In this document: piece by piece, positions 42,019 through 51,810 of the stretch
Layout of the letters: every line of letters starts with the position of its first letter
Position numbering within the stretch: position 1 is the stretch's first letter
From: Candidatus Poribacteria bacterium
GTDB taxonomy: Bacteria; Poribacteria; WGA-4E; PCPOR2b
Reading direction: 5' to 3'
Assembly: GCA_965218095.1 (NCBI GenBank)
Contig: OZ244587.1
Coordinates: forward strand, 5,216,001 to 5,280,000
DNA length: 64,000 nt
Notes under the pieces: generated by a model
The model's database searches: none
What the model was told of the DNA's origin: nothing
The model's input: the letters and a program-made list of their open reading frames with translations, nothing else
Made by a program: the position numbers and the translations under genes

Positions 42019-42774
42019 TTAGTAGCCGATGCTTTTCAGGTAAGCTCGGTTGATCTGCATCTTGTCCTCGTCGGTGCGGGCTGTTCCTCCCGGACAGACG
42101 GTAATCCAATTCTTATAACTAACGTCTGCTAATGCCTCCAGAAAAGCCGGAAAGTCACACATGGGGCCTTCACCCAGTTCGACGTTACGGCCGTCTTTAT
42201 GGTCGTGGAGGTGGACATAGTCCATACGGTCCCGATAATCGTAAACAGCCTGCACAGGGTCGTAACCCCAGTGGACGGCATGAGACATATCGAGGCAGAG
42301 GCGGCAACGGTCAAGCCGGGTCATGAACCGCTTCCACTCATCGGCGCTGTCCACCACATGGCCGGTGTGGGGGTGGAAAGTGACGGTGACGCCGAGGGGT
42401 TCAGCATAAATGGCGAGGTCTTCGTAGATGGCGGCCATCCGGTCCAGGTCATCGTCGGTGGTGGGGCTGTCGAGACGTCCCGGCCCCTTGGTCATAAAGG
42501 TGGGGACCTCAAGGTCGGAGGCGAATTCAATCCGGCGTTTGTTGATTTCGTGGTCCGGATCTGTTGTGCTGAGAGTGACATTGGGACCACAAATGGCAGC
42601 AACTTTTATACCAACAGCATCGCAGATCCGGCGAACTCGACAGGCCGAACCGAGCCAGTCGAGGGACTGCCGGGCCTCCCAACCTTCCCATCCGGCTTCT
42701 CGGATGTGTACGAGGTTCTGTTCCAGGTTGGGCGTTTGCCAATGGAGGCCGCTGTAGGCAAGTGGGAATGACAT
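42019..42774 (-). CDS. Sugar phosphate isomerase/epimerase (IolE-like TIM barrel)
   Basis: FHPH, LDMSH, VHLHD, ELGEG. Confidence 0.85.
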   Translation of the reverse strand: MSFPLAYSGLHWQTPNLEQNLVHIREAGWEGWEARQSLDWLGSACRVRRICDAVGIKVAAICGPNVTLSTTDPDHEINKRRIEFASDLEVPTFMTKGPGRLDSPTTDDDLDRMAAIYEDLAIYAEPLGVTVTFHPHTGHVVDSADEWKRFMTRLDRCRLCLDMSHAVHWGYDPVQAVYDYRDRMDYVHLHDHKDGRNVELGEGPMCDFPAFLEALADVSYKNWITVCPGGTARTDEDKMQINRAYLKSIGY

Positions 42775-42897
42775 AGGGTCTCCTTTCTGTTTTCAACAAA
42801 TAATAGTTTACGGTTCAACACCCTGCCATAACAGGCGATTTATAGTATTGTACGACAACATAGCGCGGTATGCAATGAGAAAGGAAGTAATTTAGAG

Positions 42898-42926
42898 TTG
42901 AGATTAGTCGTAAATTGTGATAGAAT
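42898..42926 (+). promoter_or_regulatory. Putative sigma70 promoter for radical SAM operon
   Basis: TTGAGA-17-TAGAAT about 150 nt upstream of ATG. Confidence 0.55.
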
Positions 42927-43078
42927 TAACTGTTTTTTAAGTGCTTACTTTGCAAATTACAAAGATAATGACTTGTGCGAATTCTTTTTTCGATGCGCCG
43001 TTACGACTGGCATCGAAAAATTGCCGTTGTAGAGACGACTCACACAAGTCGTAAAGATACGATTGGAGATTTACCCAA

Positions 43079-45061
43079 ATGCCAAATGCCCTTTTAGTTT
43101 ATCCAGAGTTCCCACCGTCGTATTGGGGCTACCAATACGCCTTGGATTTCGTGGGGAAAAAATCAGCCATGCCACCGCTTGGGCTGCTGACCGTTGCCGG
43201 AATGTTCCCGAAGGATTATCAACTCAAAGTCGTTGATATAAATGTGACCCCTTTGACGGACACAGCCCTCGATTGGGCAGATGTCGTCTTAACGTCCACG
43301 ATGATCGTCCAAAAGGACTCGTTTTATCAAGTGGTTCAACGATGCAATCGAGCCGGAGTTCCCATTGTCGCTGGTGGCCCGCACCCAACTTCCTATTATG
43401 ACAATATCAAAGCGGAAGCGGGTGGAACGATCGATCATTTTCTTTTCGGCGAAGTAGAGGAGACATTTGATGGTTTTCTCACAGATCTGAAAGCGGGAAT
43501 CGCCAAAGAGGTATATCCGGAAACGAAAAAACCGGATATGACAAAAATGCCGTTGCCACGCTACGACCTCATTAATCTGAAGGATTACGGTTCAATGGCG
43601 CTCCAATTTTCTCGCGGGTGTCCCTTTGACTGTGAGTTTTGTGACATCACAAAACTGTTTGGTCGTGTGCCGCGCACCAAGACCAATGAGCAGATGATGA
43701 CGGAGTTCGACATGCTCTACCGTCTTGGCTGGCATGGCGCGCTTTTCGTGGTTGATGACAATTTCATTGGGAATAAGCGAGATGCAATGCGTTTGCTCCC
43801 TGAAGTTATCGCGTACCAGAAGGAAAGAAATTATCCGTTTGACCTTTTCACCGAAGCCAGCGTGAACCTCGTCGAAATTCCAGAGATGTTGGATACGATG
43901 AGCGATGCAGGCTTTAGCATGGTATTTTTGGGAATTGAGAGCCCGAATGACGATGCGCTATTGACAACGAAAAAGAAGCAGAATACCAACAAAGAAGAAG
44001 ACGCAAGAAGCTATTTGCTCCGTGCCGTTCACGAAATACAAGGCAAGGGCATAGAAGTGACCGGTGGTTTCATCATTGGAATGGATGGCGACACAGAATT
44101 TGACTCACATATTCAGTTCATTCAAGAGGCTGGTGTTCCCGTGGCAATGGCCGGTTTGTTAACGGCTTTGAAAGAAACAGACCTCTATCATCGTCTCCAA
44201 CGTGAAGGGCGTCTACTTGACGAATCCACTGGAAACAACACTGACATCACATTGAATTTTGTGCCTGAACTGCCACGAGATCACCTCATTGCCGAATATC
44301 GGCGGGTCGTTTCCACGCTGTATGACCCTACCTTGGAGAACTATTTTGAACGCTGCCTAACGTTGCTGAAGCATCTGAATCCAGCAGACTATCCTGCGAG
44401 AAAGATTGGCAGGACGGAGATAACAGCTCTCGTTAGATCAATCAAGCGGCAGCTCTTCTCCAAACAGGGACCTGCTTACTTGCGGTTTTTAATAAAGGTG
44501 CTGAAGGAACACCGAAACATGTTCGTTAAGGCAGTGCGTCTCGCTATTTATGGGTATCATTTTGAAAAAATGACAAGCCAGACGATTGCTGTTGACAATT
44601 TCAAACAGTACTTGGATAAGGAATTCAACGCATTCAAGGAAATTGTGTCTCACCTTGCGAAAGCGCACGGTAGCCGCATTGGAGAGATTCGTTCGCATGC
44701 ACAAGAACTCTTGGCTCGTGTCCACACGCAATATGAGGAGATTCACGAGGATTTCAGATATAGTGTGCAGAACGCGCTCAATACCTTTCAGAAATCCGTG
44801 TTCAAACATTATCTGGATGCCGAGTTCGGCGCATTCAAGGAAACTGTTTCCCGGTTCGCCAAAGCGGGTGGCGATCGAGTCGGTGAAGTTGGTGAGCATG
44901 CGGGTGAACTCTTGGCTCGTGTCCATGCACAATACGAGCGGATTCACAAGGATTTTAGGCACAGCGTTCACGACGTCCTCGCTCCCTTCCAGGAATCCGT
45001 GAAATCTTACCTGAATCAGCTTGTTGGTCCTGTCGCAATTGAAGTCAAGAGTTTTGATTAG
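43079..45061 (+). CDS. B12-binding radical SAM protein (DUF4070/HpnP-like) with two 67-aa C-terminal repeats
   Basis: PPLGLLTVA, GGPHPT, RGCPFDCEFC, DDNFIG; repeats at 44600-44800 and 44801-45001. Confidence 0.9.
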   Translation: MPNALLVYPEFPPSYWGYQYALDFVGKKSAMPPLGLLTVAGMFPKDYQLKVVDINVTPLTDTALDWADVVLTSTMIVQKDSFYQVVQRCNRAGVPIVAGGPHPTSYYDNIKAEAGGTIDHFLFGEVEETFDGFLTDLKAGIAKEVYPETKKPDMTKMPLPRYDLINLKDYGSMALQFSRGCPFDCEFCDITKLFGRVPRTKTNEQMMTEFDMLYRLGWHGALFVVDDNFIGNKRDAMRLLPEVIAYQKERNYPFDLFTEASVNLVEIPEMLDTMSDAGFSMVFLGIESPNDDALLTTKKKQNTNKEEDARSYLLRAVHEIQGKGIEVTGGFIIGMDGDTEFDSHIQFIQEAGVPVAMAGLLTALKETDLYHRLQREGRLLDESTGNNTDITLNFVPELPRDHLIAEYRRVVSTLYDPTLENYFERCLTLLKHLNPADYPARKIGRTEITALVRSIKRQLFSKQGPAYLRFLIKVLKEHRNMFVKAVRLAIYGYHFEKMTSQTIAVDNFKQYLDKEFNAFKEIVSHLAKAHGSRIGEIRSHAQELLARVHTQYEEIHEDFRYSVQNALNTFQKSVFKHYLDAEFGAFKETVSRFAKAGGDRVGEVGEHAGELLARVHAQYERIHKDFRHSVHDVLAPFQESVKSYLNQLVGPVAIEVKSFD

Positions 45062-45869
45062 GTTCTGTTGACATTTGAGTATAAGGTTGTGGCATAATAG
45101 AAGAATGACGCCAATAACCTTACCTGATGAACAATGGAATAAGATATACCGGTTTCTTCTTAGCTGTCCCACCATCTGAAGCTGCTACACACCGCTTCGT
45201 CGAAGCGGTTCTGTGGGTGACTCGTAGTGGCGCTCAATGGAGACTTCTACCAGACACCTATGGCAAATGGAACACCCGCTACAAGCGGTTTGCTCGATGG
45301 TGCGACAAAGGTATCTTTACACAGATGCACCACCACTTTGCCTCTGACCCCGATATCGAGTCGCTTATTGTGGACAGTACCATCTCCCGCGCTCACCCGT
45401 CTGCGGCGGGCGCCTTAAAAAAAACGGTGGCACTGAAAACCAAGCATTAGGTCGGTCTCGGGGCGGTTTCAGCACAAAAAATCACATCACAGTTGACGGA
45501 CTAGGCAATCCCCTAAGAATTCATCTGACCCCCGGTCAGAGACATGACATAACTGAGGCGGAAGGGTTGATAATCGGATATAACAGTGAATATGTGATTG
45601 GAGACAAGGGGTACGATTCGGACGCTTTTATCGCGGTTATTGAGGCGAATGGAGCGATTGCGGTGATACCGCCCAAAAGTCATCGTGTTGACCAAAGAAC
45701 GTATAACAAACACTTATACAAAGAGAGACATCGGGTTGAATGTTTCATCAACAAGATAAAATGGTATCGTCGTATCTTCTCTCGGTTTGAGAAGCTAGCT
45801 GTCCGTTATTTTGGATTTCTCAGCTTTGTCTCCACTCTTATATGACTCCATTGAAATGTCAACAGAACC
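45061..45869 (+). mobile_element. IS5-family element copy 2 (11-bp deletion in OrfA)
   Basis: Same TIRs and TA duplication; inserted in the TAG stop of the radical SAM gene. Confidence 0.92.
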
Positions 45870-47643
45870 TAGTCGAGGTTTGGGTGGAGTCGCTTGCGTA
45901 TCGAAACCAAGCGAGGAGGATTTTGTTGGAAAAAAGTCAGCCATGCCACCTTTAGGGCTCTTGACGGTTGCCGGAATGTTCCCGAAAGATTACCAACTCA
46001 AAGTCGTTGATATGAACGCTATCCCTTTGACGGACGTGGATTTGAGATGGGCGGATCTGGTTTTGACGTCCACAATGATTGTCCAGAAAGATTCGCTGCA
46101 AGAAGTCATTGAGCGATGCAACCGTGCAGGCGTTCCGATTGTCGTTGGCGGCCCGCACCCAACCTCATTCCACGAAGAGATTAGCAAACCTTTTACTAAA
46201 GGAGAGGGTGTAGACTCCTTCGTTTTAGATGAGGTTGAAGATATTTTTCCCGAATTCTTACAAGACCTGCGCAATGGAACGGCCAAACACATCTACAGGG
46301 CAACGAAGAAGCCTGATGTAACGAAAACACCGCCGCCGCGTTATGGTCTCATCAACTTGTCCGACTATGGATCTATGGCACTCCAATTTTCTCGTGGGTG
46401 TCCGTTTGATTGTGAATTCTGTGATATTACGAAGTTGTTTGGTCGTGTTCCGCGCACCAAGACCAATGAGCAGATGATTGCAGAGTTCGACATGCTCTGC
46501 CGCCTCGGCTGGCGTGGTTCTCTTTTCGTGGTTGATGATAATTTCATTGGGAATAAGCGAGATGCAATGCGTTTGCTTCCTGAAACGACCAAATGGCAGA
46601 AGGAAAAAGGGTATCCTTTTGACCTCTACACGGAAGCCAGCGTGAATCTCGTCGAGATTCCAGACATGTTGGATGCAATGAGTGATTCTGGATTCAACAT
46701 GGTATTTTTGGGAATTGAGAGTCCTAATGAAGATGCGCTTTTGGCAACGAAGAAGAAGCAAAATACTAACAAAGATGAAGCGCCCGGAAGTTATTTGCTC
46801 TATGCCGTTCGAGAAATACAAGGATGTGGCATAGAAGTGAGTGGCGGGTTCATCATCGGACTGGATGGCGACACAGAATTTGATTCGCACATTCAGTTTA
46901 TTCAAGAAGCGGGCATTCCCATGGCCATAGCTGGCTTGTTAAATGCTTTGAAAGGAACAGACCTCTATCACCGTCTTGAACGTGAAGGGCGCCTGATTAG
47001 GGAATCCACTGGAAACAACACAGATCTCACGTTAAATTTCATGCCTCAACTTCCGCGCGACCAACTCATCGCGGAATATAGACGAGTGGTTTCCACCCTT
47101 TATGATCCCAGTTTGAACCATTACTTTGACCGTTGCTTGACAATGTTCAAGCATCTGAAGGTAACAGATCATCGTCCGCAAAGCTTGGGCACGACGGACG
47201 TGATGGCTTTCGCCAAGTCAATCCGACGCCAGTTCTTCTCCAAGCAGGGCCCCGCTTATTTCAGATTTTTGGTCAAGGTTCTGAAAGATCACCCGCGGTT
47301 TTTTCTATATGCAGTTCGCCTGGCCGTCATGGGATACCATTTCGAGAAGATTACCAGCCAGCAGATCGCCGTTGACGATTTCAAACAGTCTCTCAAAAAA
47401 GAACTTGATGCGTTTAAAGAAGAAGTTGTGTCTCGGTTCGCGAAAGCGCAAGGCAATCGGATTGGGGCAATTGGCGCACATGTTCAAGAACTTTTCTCGC
47501 GTGTTCAGGCGCAATATGAGCAAATCCACAAAGATTTCAGATACAGTGTTGAGGATACTCTCGATGCCTTTCAAGAATCCGTGAAATCTCACCTGGATCA
47601 GATTGTTGGTTCAACCCAGATTGAACTCCCGAGCCTTGATTAG
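45856..47643 (+). CDS. Second B12-radical SAM paralogue, native first ~22 codons missing, one C-terminal repeat
   Basis: Homology to 43079 gene starts at DFVGKKSAMPPLG; CxxxCxxC intact. Confidence 0.75.
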   Translation: MSTEPSRGLGGVACVSKPSEEDFVGKKSAMPPLGLLTVAGMFPKDYQLKVVDMNAIPLTDVDLRWADLVLTSTMIVQKDSLQEVIERCNRAGVPIVVGGPHPTSFHEEISKPFTKGEGVDSFVLDEVEDIFPEFLQDLRNGTAKHIYRATKKPDVTKTPPPRYGLINLSDYGSMALQFSRGCPFDCEFCDITKLFGRVPRTKTNEQMIAEFDMLCRLGWRGSLFVVDDNFIGNKRDAMRLLPETTKWQKEKGYPFDLYTEASVNLVEIPDMLDAMSDSGFNMVFLGIESPNEDALLATKKKQNTNKDEAPGSYLLYAVREIQGCGIEVSGGFIIGLDGDTEFDSHIQFIQEAGIPMAIAGLLNALKGTDLYHRLEREGRLIRESTGNNTDLTLNFMPQLPRDQLIAEYRRVVSTLYDPSLNHYFDRCLTMFKHLKVTDHRPQSLGTTDVMAFAKSIRRQFFSKQGPAYFRFLVKVLKDHPRFFLYAVRLAVMGYHFEKITSQQIAVDDFKQSLKKELDAFKEEVVSRFAKAQGNRIGAIGAHVQELFSRVQAQYEQIHKDFRYSVEDTLDAFQESVKSHLDQIVGSTQIELPSLD

Positions 47644-47649
47644 TCAGAG

Positions 47650-49371
47650 ATGCCAGCCATTGAGGTCAAAAACCTCCAGTTTGCCTATCCAAGCCGCAGT
47701 GAACCGACGCTGCGGGGGATAAACCTGAATGTTGAAGCGGGGGAGTTTGTCCTGCTCACAGGCCCGACGGGTTGTGGTAAATCAACGTTGCTGCGGACGT
47801 TGAATGGATTAATTCCTCACGCTTCGGGTGGAAAGTTATCTGGACTGGTTCGCGTCAACGGCGAAAACGTTGCCGAGCAACCGCTAGCGGTGACATGCCA
47901 GCAGGTTGGGTTGCTATTTCAAAACCCCGAGGATCAACTCTTTTGTATTACTGTAGAAGATGAGATTGCATTTGGACTGGAAAATCTCGGCCTGCCGCCC
48001 CTCGAAATCGATCGCCGAATCAATTCCGCTTTAGAGCAGGTTGAACTCGCCGGATTTAGAAATCATCAGATCACTTCACTTTCCAGTGGACAGAAGCAGC
48101 GGATTGCTCTTGCCTGTCTGTGCGCAATGCGCCCCCAGATCCTCCTGCTTGATGAGCCGACGAGTTATCTTGACCCGCAAGCCACCCTTACCATCCTCAA
48201 GATTATCCGCAATCTGAATAGGGATCTTGGCATCACCGTCATTATCGCGGGGCATCAAGTGAATGAGATTGCCCCGCTGTGCGATCGTGTTTGGCTCATG
48301 AATGACGGCGAACTCATTTCAGTCCTTCCAATCGATCAAGCGTTCAGAGATCTTGAATTGTACCATCGATTGGGCGTGCAAGTTCCCGAGCTCGCACAGC
48401 TCGCGGGCCAACTCGGCTGTCCTGAACGTCCACTGACCCTTGAAGATGCCGTGCAGCTTTTTGGGAACCGACGAATCGACAAATCGGGGCAAGAAGACAA
48501 GGAGAAAAGGGGTTCAGGAGTTCAGGGGTTCCGTCACGCTTCACACAATACGCAATACTCAATACGCAATACGCACGATGCATCCAACGATGTTTTGGTT
48601 GATGTTCGGAATCTCACATTTCGTTACCCTCGTACCTCCGTTGATGTGCTAAAGAATATCTCACTTCAGGTTGGGCGCGGTGAAGTGATTGCGATTATGG
48701 GGGCAAACGGATCGGGAAAGACAACACTGCTCTTGCATCTGGTCGCAATGCTTCGTCCTTCAGCAGGAAAGGTCCTCATCAAAGGGCAGACTACGGAGCG
48801 TTGTAAGCTCCACTATCTCGCAGGACAAGTGGGGATTGTTTTTCAAAATCCGGATCTGCTGTTGCAGGCATCAACGGTATCCGATGAGGTTGCCTTTGGC
48901 CCAAAGAACCTCAAGCTGTCTCGTCAAGAAATTCGGCATCGGCTAGCGAAGACCTTGCCGATGTTTGATTTGGAAGCCCTCAAAGCGGAAGCCCCTTATG
49001 CCCTTTCACGCGGGCAGCGCCAACGCACCGCCGCCGCCGCGAGCTATTCCCTCCATCCGGATCTTCTCCTCCTTGACGAGCCCACAACCGGCCAAGATCA
49101 CCGTCATCTGCAACAACTCATGCGGCGGCTCTGTGACGTTATGAAGGCACAGGACAAAACGATAATCTTCTGTACTCACGATGTACACCTCACGCTGAAA
49201 TACGCGAATCGCATCCTGCTGCTTCATCGTGGTGAACTGATCTTCGACGGAACACCTGATGCCGCCTTTGCAAATCTTGAACGGTTAAAGCAGGTATCGC
49301 TGGTCGCGCCGCTGACGATGCAACTACAAAAGGAAATGAGGAAATTGGGAAATTGGAAAATGAAGCAGTGA
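47650..49371 (+). CDS. ECF transporter ATPase with fused double ABC domains
   Basis: GPTGCGKS and GANGSGKT; FQNP; LS(S/R)GQ; LDEPT twice. Confidence 0.9.
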   Translation: MPAIEVKNLQFAYPSRSEPTLRGINLNVEAGEFVLLTGPTGCGKSTLLRTLNGLIPHASGGKLSGLVRVNGENVAEQPLAVTCQQVGLLFQNPEDQLFCITVEDEIAFGLENLGLPPLEIDRRINSALEQVELAGFRNHQITSLSSGQKQRIALACLCAMRPQILLLDEPTSYLDPQATLTILKIIRNLNRDLGITVIIAGHQVNEIAPLCDRVWLMNDGELISVLPIDQAFRDLELYHRLGVQVPELAQLAGQLGCPERPLTLEDAVQLFGNRRIDKSGQEDKEKRGSGVQGFRHASHNTQYSIRNTHDASNDVLVDVRNLTFRYPRTSVDVLKNISLQVGRGEVIAIMGANGSGKTTLLLHLVAMLRPSAGKVLIKGQTTERCKLHYLAGQVGIVFQNPDLLLQASTVSDEVAFGPKNLKLSRQEIRHRLAKTLPMFDLEALKAEAPYALSRGQRQRTAAAASYSLHPDLLLLDEPTTGQDHRHLQQLMRRLCDVMKAQDKTIIFCTHDVHLTLKYANRILLLHRGELIFDGTPDAAFANLERLKQVSLVAPLTMQLQKEMRKLGNWKMKQ

Positions 49372-49384
49372 GGTTTCCTTATTT

Positions 49385-50245
49385 ATGTCACTCACACATC
49401 TCCATCCCCATACCAAAATCGCTATCCTCACAATCGCTAGCTGTCTGGTCATTTTACTCGATAGCCCAATTGCCCTTTTTGTATGTTTTCTGGCAAGCCT
49501 CAGCCTCATCCTGCTTATCTCGCCGCCGTGGCATCAGATTCGCCTGCTTATCCTCTTTATCGGATTGGGAACCTGGGGGTTGATTTACAGCCAAGCAATC
49601 TTCTATAACGAGTTCCCGCGGACCGTGATTTTTACGCTTGTCCATAAAGACTTTCCTTTAATCGGCAAAGTAACAGGAGGAATTCATTTCTATCGCGAGG
49701 GGCTGCTTCACGGTGCCGTTCAATCCCTGCGGTTTAATACGACGCTCACAATCGGTTGTTTTATTATCTGGACAACCCAACCTCGTGACCTCCTCCTCGC
49801 CCTCGTTAAATTGCGTGTTCCCTACAGCCTCGCGTTCATGGTAACGACTGCATTGCGCTACATTCCGCTCATCGGCTCGGAAGCGATAACAGTGATCCGC
49901 TCGCAGCGACTGCGCGGTTTCCGGTATCTGCAGCTTAATCTCCTCCACACTAGCAGCGGCATCTTAAACAGTCTGCGTCCAATCTTAACCAACAACATCC
50001 GTCGGGCAACCCATCTTGGTGAAGCTGTTGAAAGCCGCGCATTTTCCCCTGAAACTGCCGCTGAACATCGCACTTTCCTGCGCGAACTGAAAATGAAACA
50101 GCAGGATGCCCTCCTGATCTCCGTTGTACTGATCTGTTTGTTGAGTGTTATCGGTTTGAAAATCCTTTACTTCCTCTACGCGAACGGTCTCTATTATGCG
50201 TCCTGGCTGAGAGGGGTGTACACCTTCGTGCGCGAAGTGTTGTAA
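49385..50245 (+). CDS. ecfT: ECF transporter transmembrane component T
   Basis: LHPHTK, ALRYIP, SQRLRG, AVESRAF. Confidence 0.88.
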   Translation: MSLTHLHPHTKIAILTIASCLVILLDSPIALFVCFLASLSLILLISPPWHQIRLLILFIGLGTWGLIYSQAIFYNEFPRTVIFTLVHKDFPLIGKVTGGIHFYREGLLHGAVQSLRFNTTLTIGCFIIWTTQPRDLLLALVKLRVPYSLAFMVTTALRYIPLIGSEAITVIRSQRLRGFRYLQLNLLHTSSGILNSLRPILTNNIRRATHLGEAVESRAFSPETAAEHRTFLRELKMKQQDALLISVVLICLLSVIGLKILYFLYANGLYYASWLRGVYTFVREVL

Positions 50246-50487
50246 GGTGTAAAACGCAATAGCATAAGGAGTAACGAGTAAGTTTTACGCATTATTCGTT
50301 ACTCATTACCCCGGTGTCACATTCATAACCAATGGCCCTAGTTCGTACCAAACTCAACGCCCACAAGAGACTCGGCTACGACACGATTCTCCGTAGTCCA
50401 GGGCTTTATGTCCGTCGTTATTGAATCCACATTCCAAAACTAGCACCAAGGGTTGATACACAACTTTCAAATTTCCTTTCGCAATAG

Positions 50488-51600
50488 GTGAAAATTATGC
50501 GATTCAAAGAACATCTCATTGACGATACAATTAAAAGCATCTATGGCTTGGAAATTGCGGACATCAATGGCGATGGCAAGAAGGATATCGTCATTGGCTC
50601 CACCGGCAAACCGGTCATTGCTTGGTACGAGGCGCCACATTGGGAGAGGCATCTGATCACAGATCAACACCCCGGCAACATCACCATCGTCGCTCACGAT
50701 TTGACGGGAAGTGGTATCCCAGATCTGATTGTCGGAAGCGCATTTAATCGGGAGGACCGTACGCTTATCGAATATTTACATTGGCTCGAAGCCCCGGCAG
50801 ATAGCGGACAGTGGAAGAGTCACCACATTGAGGAGATTCCGTTCCTTCACCGTATCGCGCTTGTGGATATCAACGGCGATGGCCAGCCGCTCTTATTCGC
50901 CGCATCAATTAAGGGGCCTGAAGGGGAACTCAATGAATGGTATGATCCGGGCGGTCTCTGGTGTTATCGTCTCCCAAGCGATCCGGTTAACGGCCCATGG
51001 GAGCGCCGATTAATCGATGGCGATTTGCACCTCAATCACGGGTTGAGCATCGGGGATGTAGATGGAGACGGACGGCTCGATATCTTAATCGGCTGCCGGG
51101 ACGGAACGATTTGGCTTGAACCCCCTTCGGACCCGTTTACAGGCAAGTGGGGAAAGTGGGGCATCAGCGATCTCGAAAGCAGCGAAGTTTTCACGGTCGA
51201 TCTGGATGGCGATGGGGTCAACGAAATCTTATCGATCGAGCCATGGCACGGGAGTACCCTGTCATGGTACAAGGCGTCAGGAGATTTGCGGAAAGGGGTG
51301 TGGGTGCGGCACCAGATTGATGACATGCTCAATCGCGGACATTCACTGCACGGGATTGACATCGACGACGATGGAAGGGTAGAAATTATCTCTGGATATA
51401 ATGGCGAAGGCACAAGCCTCGAACTCTATCGTCTCGAAAACCTGGATGGGAACCGATGGACGAAAGAAATCATTGACGACGGAGGATTGGGCGTCGGTAA
51501 TATGCATGTGCTTGACCTGAACGACGATGGACGAGTAGACATCGTTGCCGGAGGGTTGAGTACAAGCAACGTCAAGTGGTACGAGAATTTGGGAGCATAG
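50488..51600 (+). CDS. FG-GAP/VCBS repeat beta-propeller protein
   Basis: Repeated D(I/L)(N/D)GDG..DI; IEPWHG; no signal peptide. Confidence 0.85.
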   Translation: MKIMRFKEHLIDDTIKSIYGLEIADINGDGKKDIVIGSTGKPVIAWYEAPHWERHLITDQHPGNITIVAHDLTGSGIPDLIVGSAFNREDRTLIEYLHWLEAPADSGQWKSHHIEEIPFLHRIALVDINGDGQPLLFAASIKGPEGELNEWYDPGGLWCYRLPSDPVNGPWERRLIDGDLHLNHGLSIGDVDGDGRLDILIGCRDGTIWLEPPSDPFTGKWGKWGISDLESSEVFTVDLDGDGVNEILSIEPWHGSTLSWYKASGDLRKGVWVRHQIDDMLNRGHSLHGIDIDDDGRVEIISGYNGEGTSLELYRLENLDGNRWTKEIIDDGGLGVGNMHVLDLNDDGRVDIVAGGLSTSNVKWYENLGA

Positions 51601-51810
51601 CTTTTTTGTTTGTAGTACACTTGAGTCGTCAATGTCACGTATGTAGAAAACAACTCAAGCTGTCACAGTGCAGGCGGATTTAAGATTGCGGCTTCCCATC
51701 GTTATGTCAGATAGATTCCACCTTCTCAGTACCGAGTAGTTCTAGCCTTGTTGCACGCTTTGGTTTGTCGTATGTCACTATTTCGTATGGATTGAGCCGG
51801 TGTGCTTTAA

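Noticed and set aside
42930-43078. Cobalamin riboswitch before B12-radical SAM/ECF genes
   Set aside because: Conserved B12-box and GGGAA/GCCACTG elements not found
47650-50245. Calling the ECF module a cobalt/B12 importer
   Set aside because: Specificity lies in the S component, which is absent from the window
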